From Squalus acanthias (taxonomy: Eukaryota): a DNA stretch of 64,000 nucleotides. Every line of letters starts with the position of its first letter. The stretch's first letter is position 1. A program made the translations under genes and the position numbers. The notes under the pieces are model-generated. The model saw only the letters and a program-made list of their open reading frames with translations. It was not told the origin of the DNA and searched no databases. The stretch covers positions 101,186,001 to 101,250,000 of the forward strand of contig CM059431.1 of NCBI GenBank assembly GCA_030390025.1. Reading direction: 5' to 3'. Of the stretch, positions 24,460 through 36,804 are shown piece after piece.

Positions 24460-25467
24460 ATTAAAATCCTTATAGAGCAAAGGCAGTTGGGCAACATTAT
24501 GGATGGATGAACTGTCTACAGTAAATTAACTTGCTTTTCTCTACACAGAAGATAACACACCGCTTGTTATGCAATTCTTGTCTATATCTGCATAAAGCCA
24601 CACCAGAGATTAAATCTTAAAACATTATGGCTACTGTATTTCAATCACTCAATTTTGTTAGGTTTTTGACATCATAGAAACATAGAAGATAGGAGCAGGA
24701 GTAGGCCATTCGGCCCCTCGAGCCTGCTCCGCCATTCGATGAGATCATGGCTGATCATCCAAACTCAGTACCCTGTCCCTGCTTTCTCCCCATATCCCTT
24801 GAAACCTTTAGGACACTTCCTCTAAAGGAGTATAATTTAGGTTACACGCCTGTTTCTGTGTCAATGAATATCTCAGCTCTTAACACAACAACAACTTGCA
24901 TTTATATAGCACCTTTAACGTAGTAAAACATCCCAGGGTGCTTCACAGGAGCGATTATCAGACAAGATTTGACACCGAGCCACATAAGGAGATATTAGGA
25001 CAGGTGACCAATAGCTCGGTCAAAGAGGTAGGTTTGAAGGAGCGTCGTAAAGGAGGAGAGAGGTGCAGAGAGGCTTTTCCAGTGTGGTCCTGTCCTGTTT
25101 AACCCTGTTTCCTTAGCTCCCCCTCACCCCATGGAACTACAGGCCAATAAGCCAAGCATCTGCAGTGAAAATTCACAATCTCAGGAAGTCCCAAAGAGAT
25201 TTACAGGCAGTGAAGTGCTTTTGAAGTGTATTCACTGTTGTAATGTAGAGAAATCCGGCAGCCAGATTTGCGCACAGCAAGATCCCACAAACAGTAGTGG
25301 GAGAACTGACTAGTTAATATGCATTCGTGATTTTGGTTCAGGGATAAATATTGGCCAGGACACTGGGGAGAACTCTCCTGCTCTACTTTTAAATAATGCG
25401 GTGGGATCTTTTACGTCTACCTGAGAGACCAGATGGGGCCTCGGTTTAAAGCCTCATCCAAGAGATG

Positions 25468-25997
25468 GCACCTCCGATAGTGCAGCACTCCCTCAGTACT
25501 GCCCCTCCGACAGTGCAGCGCTCCCTCGGTACTGCCCCTCCGACAGTGCAGCACTCCCTCAGTACTGCCCCTCCGACAGTGCAGCACTCCCTCAGTACCG
25601 CCCCTCCGACAGTGCAGCGCTCCCTCAGTACCGCCCCTCCGACAGTGCAGCACTCCCTCAGTACAGCCCCTCCAACAGTGCAGCACTCCCTCAGTACTGC
25701 CCCTCCGACAGTGCAGCACTCCCTCAGTACTACCCCTCCGACAGTGCGGCGCTCCCTCAGTACTGCCCCTCCGACAGTGCGGCGCTCCCTCAGTACTGCC
25801 CCTCCGACAGTGCGGCGCTCCCTCAGTACTGCCCCTCCAACAGTGCGGCGCTCCCTCAGTACTGACCCTCCAACAGTGTGGCGCTCCCTCAGTACTGCCC
25901 CTCCGACAGTGCGGTGCTCCCTCAGTACTGTCCCTCCGACAGTGCGGTGCTCCCTCAGTACTGCCCCGCCGACAGTGCGGTGCTCCCTCAGTACTGT
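25468..25997. repeat. 33-bp minisatellite, about 16 copies
   Basis: Unit gcccctccgacagtgcagcactccctcagtact; translates as (STAPPTVQHSL)n. Confidence 0.95.
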
Positions 25998-26060
25998 ACT
26001 GGGAGTGTCAGCCTGGATTTATGGGCTCAAGTCTCTGGAGTGGGACTTGAACCTGCAACC

Positions 26061-26876
26061 AGCCGAAAAATGGCAGATGGAATTTAACCCTGATAAGTGC
26101 GAGGTGATTCATTTTGGTAGGGCAAATTTGAATAAGGATTACAGGGTCAACGGCAGGGTTCTGAGGAACGTGGAGGAGCAGAGGGATCTGGGGGTTCATA
26201 TCCACAGATCTCTGAAGGTTGCCACTCAAGTGGATAGAGCAGTAAAGAAGGCCTACTGTGTGTTGGCGTTTATTAACAGAGGGTTTGAGTTTAAGAACCG
26301 TGAGGTTATGCTGCAACTGTACAGGACCTTGGTGAGACCACATTTGGAATATTGTGTGCAGTTCTGGTCACCTCACTATAGGAAGGACGTGGAAGCATTG
26401 GAAAGAGTGCAAAGGAGATTTACCAGGATGCTGCCTGGTTTGGGGGGGAGGTCTTATGAGGAAAGATTGAGGGAGTTGGGGCTTTTCTCTTTAGAGCGGA
26501 GGAGGATGAGAGGCGACTTAATAGAGGTTTATAAGATGATGAGGGGGATAGATAGAGTGGATGTTCAGAGACTATTTCCTCGGGTAGAGGCAGCTGTTAC
26601 AAGGGGGCATAACTATAAGGTGCATGGGGGGAGATATAGAAGGGATGTCCGAGGTAGATTCTTTACTCAGAGAGTGGTTGGGGTGTGGAATGGACTGCCT
26701 GCTGTGATAGTGGAGTCGGACACTTTAGGAACTTTCAAGCGGTTATTGGATAAGCACATGGAGCACACCAGAGTGATAGGGAGTGTGATAGCTTGATCTT
26801 GGTCTCTGACAATGCTCGGCACAACATCGAGGGCCGAAGGGCCTGTACTGTGCTGTACTGTTCTATGTATCTATGT
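26061..26876 (+). mobile_element. 3' fragment of a CR1 LINE (distinct subfamily) inserted in a SINE
   Basis: AEKWQMEFNPDKCEVIHFG...[13 protein letters not shown]...; tail ctatgtatctatgt; short direct repeat aacc at both junctions. Confidence 0.9.
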
Positions 26877-27574
26877 AACCTTCTGACTCAGAGGTGAGAG
26901 CGCTACCCACTTTTATTGGACTAAAAGGGTCACTGTGATGCTTTTATTGTTTTCTTTAAGTAGGGGGCGGGAGAGAAATTGCATTTGAGTAAACATAAAC
27001 TGCAGGAAATATAAAACGAAAACAGAAAATGCTGGAAATACTCAACAATTCAGGCAGCATCTGTGCACATTTCAGACGCCAACCGTTTGTCAGAAATGGA
27101 AGAAATTATTTTTCGAGAAGGGAAATGCGTATTGAATATATTCACCTCCCAGAGCGATATTCTATATTAACAATATTTTCTGAAGGCTGATTGGATATCT
27201 GTTTGTCTTGAAGCCACAGTTAGGTGGAGAAAAATAGAACGATAAGAGAGGTAGATGGAGAGATTGCAGCAATAGACAGTTGCGAGAGATAGAAGTTCAG
27301 ATTAATTGATTGTTGTTTGTAAGTGCGAGTAAGTTTACTTTGCTGTTCAGCTTCTTCTGTCAATGATGTGAGTAGCCACCTCCCTTCCTTTTGTGTCTGT
27401 GGTCCCATTAAACACTCCACAGAATTTTAATCTGTGCAAAATAATATTTAGCTTTATTTACTTGGATCGCTAAATTCAAATTTTCTTTCTTGCCGGCTTG
27501 TTAATGTAATACGTTAAAGTAAAATATTTAGTGCAACCTAATTCATGTAAATTGTCAAGCTTCTTTTTTTCCCA

Positions 27575-28205
27575 TTTGTTCATGGGATGTGGGCGTCGCT
27601 GGCAAGGCCCAGCATTTATTGCCCATCCCTAGTTGCCCTTGAGAAGGTGGTGGTGAGCCGCCTTCTTGAACCGCTGCAGTCCGTGTGGTGAAGGTGCTCC
27701 CACAGTGCTGTTAGGGAGGGAGTTCCAGGATTTTGACCCAGCGACGATGAAGGATCAGCCGATATATTTCCAAGTCAGGCTGGTGTGTGACTTGGAGCTG
27801 GTGGTGTTTCCATGTGCCTGCTGCCCTTGTCCTTCTAGGTGGAAGAGGTCGCGGGTTTGGGAGGTGCTGTCGAAGAAGCCTTGGCGAGTTGCTGCAGTGC
27901 ATCTTGTAGATGGTACACACTGCAGCCACGGTGCGCCGGTGGTGGAGGGAGTGAATGTTTAAGGTGGTGGATGGGGTGCAAATCAAGCGGGCTGCTTTGT
28001 TCTGAATGGTGTCGAGCTTCTTGAGTGTTGTTGGAGCTGCACTCATCCAGGCAAGTGGAGAGTATTCCATCACACTCCTGACTTGTGCCTTGCAGATGGT
28101 AGAAAGGCTTTGGGGAGTCAGTAGGTGAGACACTCGCCCCAGAATACCCAACCTCTGACCTGCTCTTGTACACTGTATTTATGTGACTGGTCCAGTTGAG
28201 TTTCT
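27575..28205 (-). mobile_element. 3' fragment of the LINE family seen at 30771-35000
   Basis: KAQVRSVMEYSPLAWMSAAPTTLKKLDTIQ plus matching 3' tail; a further fragment at about 13300-13480. Confidence 0.85.
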
Positions 28206-28326
28206 GTTGTTGCACCTTACCCCCGATCAAATGCTGTACTATTCTGACTGTTTAAGAAGTATAATTGCAATGTGATGCAGATGATGTCTTACGCTATCAA
28301 TAACGAATATCACGTTGAAACATTAT

Positions 28327-29072
28327 GGCCTATATCTTGGATTGGGACATCTGTGTGCCGTTAGTTAGACTTGTTTCTGCACATTTACGTTTTAACATTC
28401 TTTTGCCCTGTATCTCGCTGGGAGTGCGAGCTGATAACGGCGCAGCGAGGGCAACGGGGCATCCAGGACCTCGGTGAACGACGGGACCAACAGTCTATCT
28501 TCTTAACCAATGAGATTAAAGGATTGAGAAAGAAACAGAGGAACGACGGAGAAGGAAATCGGGTGAATTTGAGTCAAATCAGGTAAAAAAGGGAAATAAA
28601 GAGAGGTAAAGAAAGATTGGATTAAGAGAGAAAAAAAAGAGAAAGGAAAAAGTAAGATTTTTTTGGGCATTTTTAAAATCTCCAACAACAATTCACAACC
28701 TGAAGGAATGAGACTCCACACTTTTTAATTGTTCACTTTCTGGGCTGGAGAGGCTGATTGGCAGTCATCAACAATTATCACGGTGTTAAAAGGGTCCTTA
28801 CGCTGTTAATTACTACACTTCACTTTCCGCGGTGAGTTTAATAGGTAATTAATGCGCAAATGCAGCAATTTCCTGACACTCGCGGGGAGGTTGAGGGCGC
28901 GAGCTGCTGCTTTCGCGAGGCTAACGGCGGAGCGGCGCAAATCGTTCGGCAACTTGTGGCGATTCGCAACTCACGGGGGATCTTTTCCTCGCCACAAGTT
29001 GCTGGACGATTTGCGCATCAATAACGGCGTGCATCATTCTGACCCTGTTATGGTTGCAGCAAAATCTGGGCC
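28327..29072 (+). mobile_element. Non-autonomous Harbinger-like MITE, family B
   Basis: ggcctatatcttg ... caaaatctgggcc termini; homologous copy at about 54505-55236. Confidence 0.72.
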
Positions 29073-29504
29073 TTTATAAAATGTAGTAACAAGGTGGGAG
29101 GGGGGGGGGAGGGGGAGGGGGTGGGTGGCTACCAGCAAAATCAGCAGCGCTGTTGAGAAAGAAAGAAAACTGCAAACTACAACTTCAATTTGCTGTCCAC
29201 CAACGTCTGCTTAAAGTGCACATGGATGATCTTGAGCAAGAACAACATTGGGCTTTGCAATCTTCACTGGGTTAAATAGCCTCCAAACACTTACTGACAA
29301 GGCTGATACCTGAAAAGTGACTATTTGGGTGATGCACCATGCGTGGGAATTATAGCACACCAAGAGTCATCATTCTCAGGACAGGGCTGATAACAGGAGA
29401 AAAATCAACGGGAATCTTTCAGATAAAGAGATGAAACAAAAGTAACATGCAGCTATTTATTTGAGCAATCTCTGTACATATTTAATCTCATACCTAGTCA
29501 GAAG

Positions 29505-29915
29505 GTGGCGGGTTCAAGTCCCTCTCCAGAGACTTGAGCACAAAATCTAGGCCCACACTCCCTGAGGGAGCGCTGCTCTGTCGGAGGTGCCGTCTTTCGG
29601 ATGAGACGTTAAACCGAGGCTCCGTCTGCCCTCTCAGGTGGATGTAAAAGATCCCATGGCACTATGTCGAAGAAGAGCAGGGGAGTTCTCCCCGGCGTCC
29701 TGCCCAATATTTATCCCTCAACCAACGCCTAAAACAGTTTATCTGGTCATTATCGCATTGCTGTTTGCGGGAGCTTGCTGTGCACAAATTGGCTGCCGTG
29801 TTTCCTACATTACAACAGTGACCACACTTCAAAAGTACTTCATTGGTTGTAAAGCGCTTTGGGAGGTCCTGAGGACATGAAAGGCGCTATAGAAATGCAA
29901 GTCTTTCTTTTCTTT
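29505..29915 (+). mobile_element. SacSINE1/DeuSINE-like SINE
   Basis: tRNA-like head (ggttcaagtcc B box), central atttatccctcaacc...tgtgcacaaattggctgcc, L2-like tail aaggcgctatagaaatgcaagtctttc. Further copies at 1-235 and 41570-41979. Confidence 0.82.
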
Positions 29916-30171
29916 CTTTATTTGTGAGCTGGTGCCCGTTTGAAGTGGTGTGGATGACACAAGAGTGCAAGGATGAGCACAGCATTCCCACCGAACTGGG
30001 CTGGCAGTGAAAATCAGCCGCTGTATATTTCCTGAGGGCATTGAACATGTAACGCAGAGTCTGTGATGTGGTAGGTTTTTCTGCTGGGATGCTGAACAAG
30101 GCAGAAGCTTATGAGAGTGGACAATGCTGGGAATGGAATGGTTCTTGGGTAACGCTATCAAGGGATATGGA

Positions 30172-30770
30172 TCATACGAACAATGACGGACAGGTAAAGA
30201 TCCTCTGGTCCATCGAGCCTGCTCCACACAATTGCGATACCTTGCAACACAATATATACACTCTCCACCCCACCCAAAACCATGTGATCTCCTGGGAGAG
30301 GCAAAAAAACAGATCAAAAAACCCAGGCCAATTTGGGGGGAAAAAATCTGGGAAATTCCTCTCCGACTCACATTGGCGATGGAAACTAGTCCAGGAGATC
30401 ACTCTGGCCCTGAATTCCCTGCAGTACCCACCTTCTGCAAGAGGTGATCTCCGCCCCAGCCACAAACAGGTCCAGCTCTCGCTTGAAGGAATTCAGCGAA
30501 TCCGCGTCCACCGCACGAGTCGGCAGCCTGTTCCAGAGGTCCACGATTCTCTGGGAAAAGAACCACCTCCTGACATCTAACCTTGATCCAGCCTTATACA
30601 ACTTAAATTTGTGACCCCTGGTGCTGCCTAAGCTGTTTAATTGAAATAAAGTCAGCTGGAACGCAATCGATTCCCTTCACGATCTTATAAACCTCAATGA
30701 GATCCCCCCCGAAGTCTACGCTTCTCTAAGGTGAAGAGTCCCAACTCTGTTAGCCTATCTTGATAACTAA
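30172..30770 (-). mobile_element. 3' fragment of a divergent CR1 subfamily with a long 3' UTR
   Basis: RLDVRRWFFSQRIVDLWNRLP...SLNSFKRELD C-terminal CR1 motif (30386-30601). Confidence 0.75.
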
Positions 30771-33700
30771 GAGGACACCCTCCGTCGTGTTGTGTGGCAC
30801 TACCACTGTGCTAAATGGGATAGATTCAGAGCAGATCTAGCAGCTCAAAACTGGGCATCCATGAGGCGCTGTAGGCCATCAGCAGCAGCAGAATTGTATT
30901 CCACCACAATCTGTAACCTCATAGCCTGGCATATCCCTCACTCTACCATTACCATCAAGCCAGGGGACCAACCCTGGTTCAATAAGGAGTGTAGAAGAGC
31001 ATGCCAGGAGCAGCACCAGGCATACCTAAAAATGTGGTGCCAATCTGGGGAAGCTGCAACACAGGACTTCATGCATGCTAAAAAGCGGAAGCAGCATGCT
31101 ATAGACAGAGCTAAGCGATCCCACAATCAACGGATCAGATCAAAGCTCTGTCGTCCTGCCATATCCAGTCATGAATGGTGCTGGACCATTAAACAACTAA
31201 CGGGAGGAGGAAGCTCCATGAATATCCCCATCCTCAATGATGGTGGAGCCCAGCACGTGAGTGCAAAAGACAAAGCTGAAGCGTTTGCAACCATCTTCAG
31301 CCAGAAGTGCCGAGTGGATGATCCATATCGGCCTACTCCCGAGGTCCCCACCATCACAGAAGCCAGTCTTCAGCCAATTCGATTCACTCCCCGTGATATC
31401 AAGAAATGGCTGAGCGCACTGGATACAGCAAAAGGTTGTGGGCCCCGACAACATTCCGGTTATCGTGCTGAAGACTTGTGCTCCAGAACTAGCCGCGCCT
31501 CTAGCCAAGCTGTTCCAGTACAGCTATAACACTGGCATCCACCCGATAATGTGGAAAACTGCCCAGGTATGAACTATCCACAAAAATCAGGACAAATCCA
31601 ATCTGACCAATTACCGCCCCATCAGTCTACTCTCACTCATCAGCAAAGTGATGGAAGGTGTCGTCGACAGTGCTATCAAGCGGCACTTACTCACCAATAA
31701 CCTGCTCACTGATGCCCAGTTTGGGTTCCGCCAGGACCACTCGGCTCCAGACCTCATTCCAGCCTTGGTCCAAACATGGACAAAAGTGCTGAATTCCAGA
31801 GGTGAGGTGAGAGTGACTGCCTTGACATCAAGGCAGCATTTGACCGAGTGTTGCATCAAGGAGCCCTAGTAAAACTGAAGTCAATGGGAATCGGGGGGAA
31901 AACTCTCCACTGGCTGGAGTCACACCTAGCACAAAGGAAGATGGTTACATAGATACATAGAAGATAGGAGCAGGAGTAGGCCATCCGGCCCTTCGAGCCT
32001 GCTCCGCCATTTAATGAGATCATGGCTGATCCTTCAATTCAGTATCCCGTCCCCGCCTTCTCTCCGTAACCCTTAACCCCTTTTGCCTGTAGAAATATAT
32101 CTAATTCCCTCTTAAATATATTTAATGAGCTGGCGTACACTGCCCTCTGTGGCAATGAGTTCCACAGGTTCACCACTCTCTGAGTGAAGAAATTCCCCCT
32201 CATTTCTGTCCTAAATGGTTTAGCCCTTATCCTTAAATTATGTCCTCTAGTTCTGTTCTCACCCGCCAAGGGAAACATTCCTTCTGCATCTAATCTGTCT
32301 AGACCTGTCAGAATTTTATACACTTCTATGAGGTCCCCTCTCAATCTTCTAAACTCCAGTGTGTACATCCCTAAACTACATAGTCTCTCCTCATAGGTCA
32401 ATCCCGCCATTCCTGGTATCAGCCTGGTGAATCGCCGCTGCACCCCCTCCATGGCAAGAACATCTTTCCTCAGATGAGGCGACCAAAACTGTACACAGTA
32501 CTCGAGGTGTGGTCTCACCAGTGCCCTGTACAGCTGCAGCAAGGTATCCCTGTTCCTGTATTCCAACCCTTTTGCTATGAAGGCCAGCATACCGTTTGCC
32601 TTCTTGACCGCCTGTTGCACCTGCATGCTCGCCTTCAGTGACTGGTGTACAAGAACACCCAGGTCTCTCTGTACTTCCCCCTCTCCCAATTTATTGCCAT
32701 TTAAATAATAATTTGCCCTCCCGTTCCTGCACCCAAGGTGGATAACTTCGCACTTGTCCCCATTATAGTGCATCTGCCATTTATCCGCCCAATCACCCAG
32801 TCTGTCCAAATCGCTCTGGAGCTTCCTGGTCTCCTCCTCTGAGCCCACCCCCCCTCCTAGTTTAGTGTCGTCTGCAAATTTGGAAATGCTGCATTCGACT
32901 CCCTGATCCAGGTCATTAATATAAATTGTGAACAGCTGGGGACCCAGGACAGATCCCTGTGGTACCCCACTTGTTACTGCCTGCCATTCAGAAAATGAGC
33001 CGTTTATTCCAACTCTCTGTTTTCTATCTGACAGCCAGTTCTCTATCCACGTCAATACTTTCCCCTTTATCCCATGAGCTTCAATTTTCCATGCTAATCT
33101 TTTATGTGGGACCTTATCGAAGGCCTTTTGGAAGTCCAGGTACACCACATCTACTGGCTCTCCCCCATCTATTTTACCAGTTACTCCCTCAAAAAATTCC
33201 AATAGATTAGTCAAGCACGATTTACCCTTTGTAAATCCATGTTGACTCTGTCCTATCCTGTCCCCATTTGCTAAGTGCTCGGCTATTTCATCCTTAATGA
33301 TGGACTCCAGCATTTTGCCCACAACTGATGTAAGGCTTACAGGTCTGTAATTACCTGCTTTTTCCCTACCCCCCTTTTTGAATAGTGGGGTAACGTTAGC
33401 TACCCTCCAATCCATGGGCACTGTTCCCGAGTCTAATGAATTCTGAAAAATCATGCTTAGTGCATCCGCTATCTCTAGGGCCACCTCCTTCAGTACCCTA
33501 GGATGCATGTTATCAGGCCCTGGGGATTTGTCCGCCTTCAATCCCTTTAGCTTCCTTAACACCATATCCTTAGAGATATTGATTTGCGTCAGTTCCTCCT
33601 TTGCCAATGTCCCTATTTTTCCCGATATCCCAGGGAGGTTTTTTGTGTCTTCCTTCGTAAAGACTGACCCAAAGTATGCATTTAGTTGGTCTGCCATTTC

Positions 33701-35000
33701 CTTATTTCCCATTATATATTCCCCCGTATCTGACTGCAATGGACCAACTTTGGTTTTCACCAGTCTTTTCCTCTTGATATACTTATAAAAGCTTTTGGAG
33801 TTAGTTTTTATATTTTCCGCCAGCTTGCTTTCGTAAGCTATTTTGCCCTTCTTGATTAAGCCCTTTGCCCTCCTTTGCTCTATCTTAAACTGTTCCCAAT
33901 CTTCCGCTCTGGCGCGTTTTTTGGCTATTTTATACGCCCTATCTTTGGATTTTATGCTGTCTCTAATTTCCCCTGTTATCCACGGTTGAGGTCAATCATC
34001 ACAGCCCCAGGACATCGCTGCAGGAGTTCCTCAGGGCAGTGTCCTAGGCCCAACCATCTTCAGTTGCTTCATCAATGACCTTCCCTCCATCATAAGGTCA
34101 GAAGTGGGGATGTTCGCCGATGACTGCACAGTGTTCACTTCCATTCGCAACTCCTCAGATAATGAAGCAGTCTATGTCCGCATGCAGCAAGACCTGGACG
34201 ACACTCAGGCTTGGGATGATAAGTGGCAGGTAACATTCGCGCCACACAAGTGCCAGGCAATGACTATCTCCAACAAGCAAGCGTCTAACCACTGCTCCTT
34301 GACATTCAACGGCACTACCATTGCCGAATCCCCCACCATCAATATCCTGGGGGTCACCATTGACCAGAAACTTAACTGGACCAGCCACATAAATACTGTG
34401 GCAACAAGAGCAGGTCAGAGGCTGGGTATTCTGCGGCGAGTGTCTTACCTCCTGACTCCCCAAAGCCTTTCCACCATCTACAAGGCACAAGTCAGGAGTG
34501 TGATGGAATACTCTCCACTTGCCTGGATGAGTACAGCTCCAACAACACTCAAGAAGCTCGACACCATCCAGGACAAAGCAGCCCGCTTGATTGGCACCCC
34601 ATCCACCACCTTAAACATTCACTCCCTCCACGTACCGTGGCTGCAGTGTGTACCATCTACAAGATGCACTGCAGCAACTCGCCAAGGCTTCTTCGGCAGC
34701 ACCTCCCAAACCCGCGACCTCTACCATCTAGAAGGACAAGGGCAGCAGACGCACGGGAATACCACCACCTCCAAGTTCCCCACCATCCTGACTTAGAAGT
34801 ATATCGGCCGATCCTTCATCGTCGCTGGGTCAAAATCCTGGAACTCCCTCCCTAACAGCACTGTGGGAGCACCTTCACCACACGGACCGCAGCGGTTCAA
34901 GAAGGCGGCTCACCACCACCTTCTCGAGGGCAACAAGGATTTGGGCAATAAATGCTGGCCTTGCCAGCGATGCCCACATCCCATGAACGAATAAAAAAAA
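30771..35000 (+). mobile_element. Degenerate non-LTR retrotransposon (CR1-group, poly-A tail family) interrupted by a younger CR1
   Basis: ORF2 pieces 30792-31529, 31648-31869 and 34104-34796 with NYRPISLL, QFGFR, PQGSVLGP, FADD; tail gcccacatcccatgaacgaataaaaaaaa. Confidence 0.88.
31947..33990 (-). mobile_element. Young 5'-truncated CR1 LINE with uninterrupted RT ORF (32039-33760), nested in an older LINE
   Basis: 573-aa ORF with intact YLDFQKAFD, GVPQGSVLGP, KFADD; tail (tatctatg)n; host LINE resumes on both sides. Confidence 0.95.
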
Positions 35001-35427
35001 ATGCTTAGTTTAAAGGCGAGTAAATGGAGTTACGGTACACATCAGCCATGATCTAATGGAATGACGGAACAGGCTTGAGGGGTTGAATGGCCTACACTAG
35101 TTGCTAATACTAGCATCAATGAAAACAGACAATTCATAACAACAAATTCCCAGCAAATGTTACTAACTATGACTGCATTCACACTACACGAGACTCCCAG
35201 CCCGAGACCAGTAGTTTGCATGCAAGCACAAAGTTCAATTTTCCATAATATTGAACAGAGTCAGTACCAAGTTTATAAAGTGCCCCAGTGGACCACCCGA
35301 GTACTATTTAAGCACAGTTTCAAACCGGGCTGAAGTTATACTTCACGGGCGCGCACCCTAAGCGACGCAAGGCAGCCTCTCGGGGAGGGTCGAATGCAGC
35401 TATGGTTCAGTGCTCGCGAGAAGGGAA

Positions 35428-35908
35428 TAAGAACATAAGAACATAAGAAATAGGAGCAGGAGTAGGCCAATCGGCCCCTCGAGCCTGCTCCGCCATTCAA
35501 TAAGATCATGGCTGATCTGATCCTAACCGCCAATCTACTATCTATCACAGAACCATCTCCTGCATCTAACAGAATTGCACACACGAAATAGGAGCAGAAT
35601 CAGGCTACACGGTCCCTGGGCCCGCTCCACTACCCACAGGGCCATGACCGATCCGAACCTAGACTCATGTCCAAATTCCTGCCCGCTCCCCGTAACCCTT
35701 AATGCCCTTTACTTCTAGGAAACTGTCTATTTCTGTTTTAAATTTATTTAATGATGTAGCTTCTACAGCTTTTTGTGGCAGCATATTCCATGGACCTACC
35801 ACCCTCTGAGTGAAGTAGTTCCTCCTCATCTCAGTTTTGAAAGAGCAGCCCCTTATTCTAAGACTATGTCCCCTAGTTCTAGTCTCACCCGTCATCGGGA
35901 ACATCCAA
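35428..35908 (-). mobile_element. 3' 480 bp of the same young CR1 subfamily as 58011-60930
   Basis: Identical C-terminal peptide MFPMTGETRTRG...GERAGIWT and near-identical extended 3' UTR. Confidence 0.95.
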
Positions 35909-36272
35909 TCAGGACCTGGCTTCCGACTTACACTGGCACCCTCTCGCTAATGTACACCTCAAAACACTTTGCAACTCTGCAACCCAGACGGCAACTTCAG
36001 TGTAGCGTATATAGTCCATAGTGTTGAGAATTTAATAATCATGAGATACTTCATTTGCATTTTACCAATGTAAGTTCAACTAGTTACAAATGTGGTCAAG
36101 ACATGTAGATTTTGATCATGCTCCACTTTGCACAAATGTAAAATAATCAGCACTGAAATCTGATGTTCAAATACAAGGACAACTGTTTTGTCAAATGTAA
36201 GGAACGAGACTAGTGCAAGTATGACTGTTGGAAGCGAAATGCTGTTTGCAACTGAAAGAGTCGAGGCACTTA

Positions 36273-36790
36273 AGAACATAAGAAATAGGAGCAGGAGTCG
36301 GCCATACAGCCCCTCGAGCCTGCTCCGCCATTCAATGAGATCATGGCTGATCTTCTACCTCATCTCCACTTTCCTGCACTATCTCCATATCCCTTGATTC
36401 CCTTAATATCCAAAAATCTATCGATCTCTGTCCTGCATATACTCAACGGCTGAGCCGCCACTGCCCTCTGGGGTAGAGAATTCCAAAGATTCACCACCCT
36501 CTGAGTGAAGAAATTTCTCCTCATCTCAGTCCTAAATGGCCGACCCCTTATTCTGAGACTGTGACCCTGGTTCTAGACTCCCCAGCCAGGGGAAACATCC
36601 TCCCTGCATCTACCCTGTCAAGCCCTGTAAGAATTTTGTATGTTTCAATGAGATCACCTCTCATTCTTCTAAACTCTAGAGAATATGGGCCTAGTCTACT
36701 CAATCTCTCCTCATCGGACAATCCCCCCATCCCAGGAATCAGTCTGGTGAACCTCCGTTGCACTCCCTCTATGGCAAGTATGTCCTTCTC
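36273..36790 (-). mobile_element. CR1 3' fragment
   Basis: QRRFTRLIPGMGGLSDEERLSRLG...; standard tail. Confidence 0.9.
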
Positions 36791-36804
36791 TCTATATAAT
36801 TCAA

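Larger units (their letters stand above)
25190..26910 (-). mobile_element. SacSINE1-like SINE carrying an internal 33-bp tandem expansion and a CR1 insertion
   Basis: Reverse complement of the SINE at 29505/41570; the head resumes after the CR1 (ttctgactcagaggtgagagcgctacccact). Confidence 0.8.

Noticed and set aside
27015..27105. Third hammerhead motif
   Set aside because: Core and stems are degenerate (CUGACAAA, broken stem II and III); kept only as a decayed relative of 38737-38926.
29505..29560. tRNA gene suggested by a B-box-like ggttcaagtcc
   Set aside because: It is a SINE head; no complete cloverleaf.
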